A stretch of DNA of 62,392 nt, from the NCBI GenBank assembly GCA_018812485.1, contig JAHJDO010000005.1:1-62392 (forward strand), read 5' to 3'. This document shows, piece by piece, positions 55,011 to 62,392 of the stretch. Position numbers and translations under genes: made by a program. Source of the DNA: a bacterium. GTDB taxonomy: Bacteria > JAHJDO01. The notes under the pieces were generated by a model that searched no databases, was not told where the DNA came from, and saw only the letters and a list, made by a program, of their open reading frames with translations. Position 1 is the stretch's first letter, and each line of letters opens with the position of its first letter.

Positions 55011-56885
55011 CTAAATCCAGTTCAGGATAGTGTCTGCAATACCAGAACCATCTAGTTTGTACTTTTTCAACAGGAGATGCCGCGGACCTTGTTCAATAAA
55101 TTTGTCCGGCAATCCAATATGTAGAGACGCAACATCCTGCGTCTCTACATATTCTGCAACGCTCATCCCAAATCCGCCGGCAATAACATTTTCTTCAACT
55201 GTTACGATCTTCTTTATCCGAGACGCTATTTTCTCAATTAGTTCCGTATCCAACGGCTTAACAAATCTCATATTCGCTACTGAGACATTTATGTTTTTCT
55301 TCTCTAATATTTCTGCTGCCTCTAAAGCTGGATAAACCATTGTTCCTATTGCTAATATCGCAACATCAGCACCGTCTCTCAATATTTCTCCTTTCCCAAT
55401 TTCAATCTTTTGAATTGAGTTGGAACCAAGTTCCTTGGAACTGGATTTCGCAGCATAATCCTTTGGATATCTTATAGAAATTGGCTGATTATATTCTACT
55501 GCTTTAGAAAGCATGCTTTCTAATTCACCCTCGTCCTTCGGAGACATAATCGTCATGTTTGGGATCATCGAAAGATATGAAAAATCAAAAACTCCCTGAT
55601 GTGTTGGCCCGTCTCCTTCTACTATACCTGCTCTGTCAATTGCGAAAATCACAGGCAGCTTTTGTAAACACACATCATGTAAAATCTGATCATATGCGCG
55701 CTGAAGAAAAGTTGAGTAGACCGCAAAAACAGGTTTTAACCCCTTTAAAGCTAAGCCTGCTGCAAATGTAACAGCATGCTGCTCTGCCATGCCAACATCA
55801 AAGAATCTGTCCGGAAATTTTTGAGCAAACTCTCTAAGTCCTGTTCCATCTGGCATAGCCGCAGTTATTGCTACTATTTTTTTATCTTTTTGTGCCAATT
55901 TGATCAGAGCAGAACCAAAGAGTTCTGTATATGTTTTGCGTTTCTTATCTGCGTCTTTACTTTTCCATATGCCTGTTTCAATATCAAACGGTTTTGCGCT
56001 ATGAAATCTTGTGGGATTCTCTTCCGCAAATTTATATCCTTTCCCTTTCTTTGTTAATATATGCACTAATACAGGACCTTTAAAGATTTTGATATTATCG
56101 AGTGTTTCTATAAGCAATGGGATATTGTGTCCATCAATTGGGCCAATATAACGAAAACCTAATTCATCAAATAATATTCCTGGAACAAGAAGCAACTTAA
56201 GACTTTTTTCTAATTTCTTTGCGCTGTCAACTAACAGGCTGCCAAATCTTGGAATCCTTTTTAACACTAGTTCCAGATCACCTCTAACTCTATTGTATAT
56301 TGGATTAGTCGTAATTCTATTCAGATACTGAGACCATGCTCCAACATTATGAGATATACTCATCTCATTACTATTCAAGATTACAATTATATCTTTTTTA
56401 ATATGTCCTGCATGGTTTAGAGCCTCAAATGCCATACCTCCGGTAAGCGCTCCGTCTCCAACTACAGCTATGAGCTTATTTTTATTGCTTGTCAATTTTT
56501 GCGCACACGCCATACCAAGAGCAGCTGAGATCGAAGTGCTTCCATGTCCTGTGCCGAAAACGTCATACTCACTCTCTTCTATTTTTGTAAAGCCGCTCAT
56601 TCCTCCAAATTGCCGAAGTGTATAAAACTGGTTTCTTCTTCCTGTAAGAATTTTATGTGTATATGCCTGATGCCCAACATCCCAGATTATCTTATCATCA
56701 GGACAATTAAAGACATAGTGCAGAGCTATCGTGAGTTCAACAACACCGAGATTTGAAGCGAGATGCCCGCCCGTTTGCGAAACGGTTTCGATTATCAGTT
56801 TTCTTACTTCAGAGACCAACAGAGGAAGTGTTTTAATATCCAGTTTTTTTAAATCTTTTGGAGTTTTTATCTTTTCTAAATACAT
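55011..56885 (-). CDS. dxs: 1-deoxy-D-xylulose-5-phosphate synthase
   Basis: GGHLASNLGVVELT, GHGSTSISAALGMA, GDGALTGGMAFEALN and AEQHAVTFAAGLA. Confidence 0.97.
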   Translation of the reverse strand: MYLEKIKTPKDLKKLDIKTLPLLVSEVRKLIIETVSQTGGHLASNLGVVELTIALHYVFNCPDDKIIWDVGHQAYTHKILTGRRNQFYTLRQFGGMSGFTKIEESEYDVFGTGHGSTSISAALGMACAQKLTSNKNKLIAVVGDGALTGGMAFEALNHAGHIKKDIIVILNSNEMSISHNVGAWSQYLNRITTNPIYNRVRGDLELVLKRIPRFGSLLVDSAKKLEKSLKLLLVPGILFDELGFRYIGPIDGHNIPLLIETLDNIKIFKGPVLVHILTKKGKGYKFAEENPTRFHSAKPFDIETGIWKSKDADKKRKTYTELFGSALIKLAQKDKKIVAITAAMPDGTGLREFAQKFPDRFFDVGMAEQHAVTFAAGLALKGLKPVFAVYSTFLQRAYDQILHDVCLQKLPVIFAIDRAGIVEGDGPTHQGVFDFSYLSMIPNMTIMSPKDEGELESMLSKAVEYNQPISIRYPKDYAAKSSSKELGSNSIQKIEIGKGEILRDGADVAILAIGTMVYPALEAAEILEKKNINVSVANMRFVKPLDTELIEKIASRIKKIVTVEENVIAGGFGMSVAEYVETQDVASLHIGLPDKFIEQGPRHLLLKKYKLDGSGIADTILNWI

Positions 56886-57073
56886 TTTTAAAGCCTTTTC
56901 ATCATCTTGAAAGTCTTGATAGCTTATCCAAAACTAACTATCAAGTCAACCATGTGTATGAGTCCATATTGAAGATGCGCCAATAAGTCAAATTTATGCA
57001 CATATTTTACCTAGACATCCAATCTTGCATATGCTAGCATAACCTTGTAAAAGTCAAAAGATAGAAATATTGC

Positions 57074-57883
57074 ATGAATAATATGCTCCTAAATCACAAG
57101 TTTCAGTTTATATCATTCTGCCATGTGTTTCATAAGGAGAAGGCTGGTGGAAAGATTAACATAAATGATGATACACATATAATGCATATAACTAAAGGCA
57201 AAGGAACTGTTACCATAAAAGAACAAAAATTTAATTTTCAGAGAGGCTCTATAATAGCTGTTTCGCCTTTTATCAAATTTACATTAAATATTTTGCCGAA
57301 TTTTGAAATGCTAAATATTCACTACAAACTATGGCTCTCTGACGATAGTCCTTTAGATGAACATACCGTGCTTCCTTACGTTTTCAGTCCTAAGGATTTT
57401 ATTTATATTGAAAAAATATTGAGAAAAATGGATTCTCTATCAAAGGTTACATCTCTGGATAAGTTAAAAATCGCCTCTCTTGCCCATAATTTAGTTCTGC
57501 ACCATATGATATCCAATGAACTTATTCCAAGAGTTACTCCAGCGATAGACCCCAGAATTAGTAAGGCTTATAAAAAACTTATGTCCAAAGATTGTATAAG
57601 ATATAACGCTGGGGAAGCTGCTGAATTATGCTGCTTAAGTGTAAGTCAGATGAACCGCAAATTTAGAAGATTTTTTGGACAGTCTCCACAGAAATTGTGG
57701 GAGAAACGTAGGTTTTCTAGAGTATGCGCAACATTAACAAAAACTGATAAACCTCTATCAATACTTGCTGAGGAGTTTGGTTTCGATGATCATGCTTATT
57801 TTTGCAGATGGTTCAAGAAGATATCAGGGTATTCACCTCTAAGGTACAGAAAAAACTCGATAGAATTAAATCACTTATTTTGA
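57074..57883 (+). CDS. AraC-family transcriptional regulator (cupin + HTH)
   Basis: C-terminal HTH_18 pattern ...LAEEFGFDDHAYFCRWFKKISGYSPLRYRK. Confidence 0.85.
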   Translation: MNNMLLNHKFQFISFCHVFHKEKAGGKININDDTHIMHITKGKGTVTIKEQKFNFQRGSIIAVSPFIKFTLNILPNFEMLNIHYKLWLSDDSPLDEHTVLPYVFSPKDFIYIEKILRKMDSLSKVTSLDKLKIASLAHNLVLHHMISNELIPRVTPAIDPRISKAYKKLMSKDCIRYNAGEAAELCCLSVSQMNRKFRRFFGQSPQKLWEKRRFSRVCATLTKTDKPLSILAEEFGFDDHAYFCRWFKKISGYSPLRYRKNSIELNHLF

Positions 57884-57900
57884 GAAAATAGAAAAAAGTT

Positions 57901-58881
57901 ATGTTAGAAAAAGAGAAAAAACAACGATTCAGTTTTGGTTTTAGTGATAGTCTTTTGGCTGAGTTGGGAGGTGTCAAGCAGGATGAATTGCATAGTAGCG
58001 TAGATGCTATATATAAAGCTTACGAAAGTATCAAGCCATTGGCAGAACGGATGGGAGTAAAATCTCCTAAACCCAGGATTGCAGGATTTTGTTATCCGCA
58101 TGTTGTAGCACTTGGAGCAGAAGTTGTTTTTGCTGAAGATTCTGAACCTAATGTTAAACCTCTAATCCACTCGCCAGAAGAGATTGATTCGTTAAAAGAA
58201 CCTGAAGATTATCTTACAAACAAATATATTCAAGAAAGATTGCGAATTTCTGATGAGATAAGAAGGCGTTATCCAGATTCTCCGAGTTTCATTGGCCATC
58301 TTCTTGAGGGACCAATAACTACAGCAGTCTTACTTATGGGTAATGATTTCCTTATGCTTCCATATGATGATTCTGAACGTGCCCATAAACTGCTACAATT
58401 TTGTGTTAAAAGTGCTCTAAATTATGCCAAGGTAATTAGCAAACGGCTTGATAAGCCTTTTAAAAGTAATGGGTTTCCAGACGATTTTGCTGGAATGTTT
58501 CATCCAGACATGTTCAGGCAATTTGTTGTTCCATATTGGGAGCAGTTATATCAGGGGCTGAAAGCAATCAAACGCAGTCTCCATAGTGAACTTCTTCGCA
58601 TAGAACACCTACCATTTTTAGAAGAATTAAAAATGGAATGTTTTGACCCAGGTGCTGACCAGTACCTGACACCTGAACAATTGAAGGAACATTGTCCGTG
58701 TAAATTTCAATCCCGTATTTTATCCTGGCATATACATGACCTTTCAGCTGATGAGCTTGAAGCAATGTATCTCAAAATAGCGAAGTCTAAACCTTATGTG
58801 ATTAGTTTCTCTATAAGCAGGCTGGAGGATGAATCAAAAATTAAGCGTCTTTTAAATGTTGCACGGGAAATGGAATATTGA
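57901..58881 (+). CDS. UROD-like family protein (divergent)
   Basis: 326 aa. Its overall pattern resembles the other UROD-like paralogs (PDDFAGMFHPDMFRQFVVPYWEQL). There is no H-x-C motif (LHSEL instead). Confidence 0.45.
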   Translation: MLEKEKKQRFSFGFSDSLLAELGGVKQDELHSSVDAIYKAYESIKPLAERMGVKSPKPRIAGFCYPHVVALGAEVVFAEDSEPNVKPLIHSPEEIDSLKEPEDYLTNKYIQERLRISDEIRRRYPDSPSFIGHLLEGPITTAVLLMGNDFLMLPYDDSERAHKLLQFCVKSALNYAKVISKRLDKPFKSNGFPDDFAGMFHPDMFRQFVVPYWEQLYQGLKAIKRSLHSELLRIEHLPFLEELKMECFDPGADQYLTPEQLKEHCPCKFQSRILSWHIHDLSADELEAMYLKIAKSKPYVISFSISRLEDESKIKRLLNVAREMEY

Positions 58882-58911
58882 AGAACAATAAAAAAAGAAA
58901 GGAGACAGACT

Positions 58912-59799
58912 ATGTTTATTGATATTCACCTGCATACTGCAAGGAAAAAATCCCTTCCAAGGAATGAGAAGGGAGATAATTATGCATCCCCTGAGGAATT
59001 GATCGAAATGATGGATAGAACGGGAGTTGACAAGGGAATTCTTCTGCCTGGAGTAAATCCTGAGTGCAGAAAGCAATTCTCAACAGTGGAGGATATCATG
59101 GATGTTTGCGAAAAATATCCTGACAGGTTCATTCCTTTCTGTAATATTGACCCGCGGGCTGAAAAAAATAGTCCTGAGGCTGATCTCTCACGCCAACTGC
59201 TCTTTTACAAGGAAAAAGGATGTAAAGGAGTCGGAGAAGTATGTGCAAACCTGTATTTTGACGACCCTCTTGTCCAGAACTTATTTAAACACTGTGAAAA
59301 GAGCCAGATGCCTCTTCTTTTCCACATTGGTCCTCAAAAAGGGAATTGCTACGGTCTTATAGATGATCTACATCTGCCACGTTTGGAAAAGTCCTTGAAA
59401 GACTTCCCTGATTTGATATTTATCGGGCATTCTCAACCCTTCTGGTCAGAGGTCAGCGGAGATGTAACGACCGAAAACAGAAAAGGGTATCCTGAGGGTA
59501 AGGTGACTCCGGGAGGTGCAGTTCCCAGACTTATGAAAGAATATCCTAACATGTATGGAGATATATCAGCACACAGTGGTTACAATGCCCTAACGCGTGA
59601 TGCGGAATTTGGATATGCCTTCATTGAGAAATTTCAGGATAAGCTTTTCTTTGGGACAGACATTGCATCTCCAAGAAACGACCATCGTCATGCAGAATTT
59701 TTGAGAAACGCTTATAAAGAAGGGAATATTTCAAAAGAGGCATTTGAGAAAATAAGCTGGCAGAATGTGAATAGAGTTCTAAAGTTAGGAATTGGATAA
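58912..59799 (+). CDS. Amidohydrolase-family metal-dependent hydrolase (amidohydrolase_2-like TIM barrel)
   Basis: N-terminal metal motif FIDIHLHT, later HIGP, GHSQP and GTDIASP. AAGGAGA Shine-Dalgarno. Confidence 0.65.
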   Translation: MFIDIHLHTARKKSLPRNEKGDNYASPEELIEMMDRTGVDKGILLPGVNPECRKQFSTVEDIMDVCEKYPDRFIPFCNIDPRAEKNSPEADLSRQLLFYKEKGCKGVGEVCANLYFDDPLVQNLFKHCEKSQMPLLFHIGPQKGNCYGLIDDLHLPRLEKSLKDFPDLIFIGHSQPFWSEVSGDVTTENRKGYPEGKVTPGGAVPRLMKEYPNMYGDISAHSGYNALTRDAEFGYAFIEKFQDKLFFGTDIASPRNDHRHAEFLRNAYKEGNISKEAFEKISWQNVNRVLKLGIG

Positions 59800-59814
59800 A
59801 GATTTATTTTATCC
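59794..59814. terminator. Weak AT-rich hairpin between convergent genes
   Basis: GGATAAA-GATTTAT-TTTATCC forms a 7-bp stem spanning both stop codons. Confidence 0.25.
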
Positions 59815-60703
59815 CTTTACTCTTGGAAACAATATACCCGCCAGTCAAGAGTACAGCGCCTGAGGCTAGTTGTCCTGTTGTAAGAATCTCACCAAAAATA
59901 AAATAGGAAAAAATTGCTGTTAAAAGAGGCGATATCAGGAGTATGCTTGAAGCCATGGCAATACCAGTTGCACGAATTGCAAAGTAATATACTGAATGTG
60001 CGAGTCCAATACAAAATAGGCCTGAGATAAACAGGATGAATAAAACTCTTATAGGAAGATGAATAATTGCTAAAGGATTTCCCTCTATGAGTGCCATTAA
60101 AAAAAAGACGAATGCGCTGATTATAAAAACAAAAGGTGTAAAAGCCACTATGTTGTAATTTCGCAGGGTCTTCTGAACGTATACGGCATAAAATGTCCAG
60201 AACAGATTTGCCAGTATAATGAAGATAATTCCCCATTTCATCTGTAAAGAGGTTACTTCTCCTTTAAAGAAAATTACTCCTATAACACCCAGAAGACACA
60301 GAAGTGTCCCCAAAATGTATTTTGCGCTTTTAATACTCTCTCTTTCTTCAGGGAAAAGCATAAAAGACACAATTACAGTGAGCACAATGCTAATTTTCCC
60401 AATCAAGGACACAAATGCAGGCAAAACCCGGTATAATGCCATGACCCAGAAGGTTTGCATAATAATAAGGAAAAAAGCCGTAATAAACAGTTTTTTCCAT
60501 ACCTTTAAACACTGCCTAAATTCGCTGCGGAAAAATATAGAGACAATTATAAAAAGAGACAAACTCCCTGATAGATACCTGAAGGCATTTTGTGTATGAA
60601 CATCCAGATATTTAGAGAAATAACGGACAAAAATCGGGCCAAATCCCCAAATACAAGCTGTAATTACAATTAAAGCAATCCCCTGGCCTTTACTTAATTT
60701 CAT
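59804..60703 (-). CDS. EamA/DMT-family transporter
   Basis: 299 aa with about 10 TM helices in two EamA repeats. Confidence 0.8.
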   Translation of the reverse strand: MKLSKGQGIALIVITACIWGFGPIFVRYFSKYLDVHTQNAFRYLSGSLSLFIIVSIFFRSEFRQCLKVWKKLFITAFFLIIMQTFWVMALYRVLPAFVSLIGKISIVLTVIVSFMLFPEERESIKSAKYILGTLLCLLGVIGVIFFKGEVTSLQMKWGIIFIILANLFWTFYAVYVQKTLRNYNIVAFTPFVFIISAFVFFLMALIEGNPLAIIHLPIRVLFILFISGLFCIGLAHSVYYFAIRATGIAMASSILLISPLLTAIFSYFIFGEILTTGQLASGAVLLTGGYIVSKSKGIK

Positions 60704-60727
60704 CTAAGCGCCTCTTTTATTCTTTAG

Positions 60728-61135
60728 CTAAATTACGATTTCAATTGCTTGATATGGGCAGGCAGGAATACAAAGTTCACACGCTATACACTTTTGCTTA
60801 TCAAATGATACTTTCATTGTATCTCTGTTTAAGAATATAGCATTTGTCGGACAATGCGGTATGCAAGCAGTGCAGTGGACACATTTGCTTTCGTGCCATT
60901 TAATGTCCTGTGCAAGCGGCTGAATATCTATATTTAACTCAGCCAGATAATTCATGCCAGCTTCCATTTCTTTCTTACTGCCGCTTATTTCTACTACTAA
61001 TCTTCCCTGCTCCTGTGGAGTAACTCTGGCTCTGAGTATATTTATCATTAAATTATAATCCTTGACAAGATGATATACGACCGGCTGACTGACTACTTCA
61101 TGTGGAAAAGTTAAAACAACTCTTTTTCTAATCAT
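60728..61135 (-). CDS. NIL domain fused to a 2x[4Fe-4S] ferredoxin
   Basis: N-terminal NIL-like sequence (PVVYHLVKDYNLMINILRARV), then CVHCTACIPHCP and CIACELCIPACP clusters. Confidence 0.8.
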   Translation of the reverse strand: MIRKRVVLTFPHEVVSQPVVYHLVKDYNLMINILRARVTPQEQGRLVVEISGSKKEMEAGMNYLAELNIDIQPLAQDIKWHESKCVHCTACIPHCPTNAIFLNRDTMKVSFDKQKCIACELCIPACPYQAIEIVI

Positions 61136-61138
61136 AGC

Positions 61139-62329
61139 TTATTCTCCTGAAGAAAGAGACTTAACCGGTTTTGCCAGTTCAAATCTTCCCTTTTTAATCT
61201 TATCTTTAAGGATTTTTGCTATTTCTCTTGCCTTATTATAGCTTGACAATGCACCTGTAGGAACTTGTTTTCCTTCTATCTCTATATGTCCATCTCTTAA
61301 CTGCTTATAATTAACCTCGCCATAGCTTTTGTTGACTCCGTTAGGATAGTCTTTACTATAATCCACAATTTGAGTGTAAATATCCTCATCCTTTACAGCT
61401 GTATATTTAACTATATCCTCGCTTAAAATAGGTATTGGAATGCCTATGCCAATAGTTAAAGTTACCCCATACCCCGTAATACTTGTGCCTTTCAGCCATT
61501 CCGAAGACATCCCTTTTAAATCTCCGACTACAGCGAGAGTTCCTGCTGGAGCTCTCACCACGCTATTGGTTCCTCTTTTAACACGTGGATTATGCTGCGT
61601 CCCTTCCCAGTAGACAAATCCTTCTCCTCCTCCGAGAAATATTTTTGTTCCTATGCCAATAGTCTTATATAAAGGATCATTCAGCAAAGGGCTTAATTGT
61701 CCAGCACTACAGTAATTCGCATTGCCAATGTTCGGCTTTAGAATTCCCATATAGGTGTATATGTTTCTGTCAGAATATTTATTTATCGCAACATTGTAAT
61801 TCTGATATGCATTTCTTGGGTTTGTTAGAATAGCCTGGTTTACACTTTTTATGTCTATTACAGTCTTAAGCTCTTTCTTCGGATAGCAATCTGTTCCATA
61901 AGATATTGCTCTAAGTTTTATAGGTTTGCCAGCAACTAAATCCTCTATTACATGCCCGCCTCCATATTTGAAGCTGCCTGGAAATACCTTATTCAATAAA
62001 TCTTCATCAGGAAGCTCTGTTACTCCAAGATAAATATCAGCAGCAGCAAGCCCAGCATATGCATTAATGCCATTTAACCATACTTTCTGAGCTTTTATCT
62101 TTGGTTTTGAATTTTTAAAATTAATAAAAGCACCTGAAGAGCACATTGGAGCAAATGTACCTGTTGTTACAACATCTACTTCTTTTGCAGCCTTTTTTAT
62201 GCCTTTTTCCTCAACTATATCAATAATCTCCTCAGCAGTTACAACTACTGCTTCTCCCCTCCTTATCCTTTGATTTATTAGTCTCCTGTAAAATTCACAA
62301 CTCACTGTTACACAGGAAGTTGCAAACAT
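61139..62329 (-). CDS. DUF39 (COG1900) homocysteine biosynthesis protein
   Basis: INQRIRRGEAVVVTAEE near the N-terminus and the family-typical length. The start is uncertain: ATG at 62329, or TTG at 62380 at the window edge. Confidence 0.75.
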   Translation of the reverse strand: MFATSCVTVSCEFYRRLINQRIRRGEAVVVTAEEIIDIVEEKGIKKAAKEVDVVTTGTFAPMCSSGAFINFKNSKPKIKAQKVWLNGINAYAGLAAADIYLGVTELPDEDLLNKVFPGSFKYGGGHVIEDLVAGKPIKLRAISYGTDCYPKKELKTVIDIKSVNQAILTNPRNAYQNYNVAINKYSDRNIYTYMGILKPNIGNANYCSAGQLSPLLNDPLYKTIGIGTKIFLGGGEGFVYWEGTQHNPRVKRGTNSVVRAPAGTLAVVGDLKGMSSEWLKGTSITGYGVTLTIGIGIPIPILSEDIVKYTAVKDEDIYTQIVDYSKDYPNGVNKSYGEVNYKQLRDGHIEIEGKQVPTGALSSYNKAREIAKILKDKIKKGRFELAKPVKSLSSGE

Positions 62330-62392
62330 TAATTTCTTGACTTTCCCCTCCAGCCTTGATATAATGTAACTGCTTCTCAAATAATAAGTTAC

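Noticed and set aside
1-62392. CRISPR arrays, rRNA genes or tRNA genes anywhere in the window.
   Set aside because: I saw no series of regularly spaced direct repeats and no spacer large or structured enough. All spacers except 28762-29467 are short. By-eye scanning cannot fully exclude a small ncRNA.

Overview
This is an AT-rich chromosomal segment. Hand counts on sampled 60-nt lines give about 35-37% G+C in the housekeeping genes and about 50% in a few patches. The host is a diderm bacterium (LptC/LptA/LptB, a TolC-like protein and BatA are present) and is probably uncultivated. I cannot assign a lineage from the sequence alone.

I support about 55 protein-coding genes. Most are housekeeping: hisS, aspS, dnaE, truA, a ychF-like gene, uvrB, dxs, a miaB-like gene, ybeY, corA, maf, rlmB, dus, pfk, a cyclophilin, and a pgpH-ybeY-dgkA block.

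The accessory blocks are:
- A decaying carbohydrate locus at 0.4-6.3 kb: a GH63-like hydrolase, UROD-like genes, a sugar-phosphate isomerase, a 712-aa unknown protein and a CE4 pseudogene.
- A two-gene Bat module in which MoxR and DUF58 are one polypeptide (6.3-10.3 kb).
- Two glycosyltransferases.
- A G+C-rich UROD-like gene wedged between hisS and aspS.
- A TolC-MacA-MacB-MFS efflux block.
- A mosaic region at 47-50.5 kb: an AbiEi/AbiEii toxin-antitoxin pair, a serine-recombinase tail, a methylthiotransferase relic and a 34-nt direct repeat.
- An AraC/UROD-like/amidohydrolase cassette.
- A DUF39 + NIL-ferredoxin pair, the sulfide-dependent homocysteine route.

Recurring non-genic signals:
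- REP-like hairpins that open with GTAGGGG, together with a RAYT-like transposase relic at the window start.
- Many operon-first genes whose -10 box sits 6-8 nt from the ATG with no Shine-Dalgarno, which suggests leaderless mRNAs.
- Several gene relics.

I recognised no rRNA, tRNA or CRISPR array.

I did not find one clear-cut novel multi-gene system. The best candidates for follow-up are:
- the repeat-bracketed AbiE mosaic
- the MoxR-DUF58 fusion module
- the YchF paralog with a decayed G domain
- the DgkA-PAP2 fusion
- the repeated UROD-like cassettes

All family assignments come from motif recognition by eye and need HMM or BLAST confirmation.
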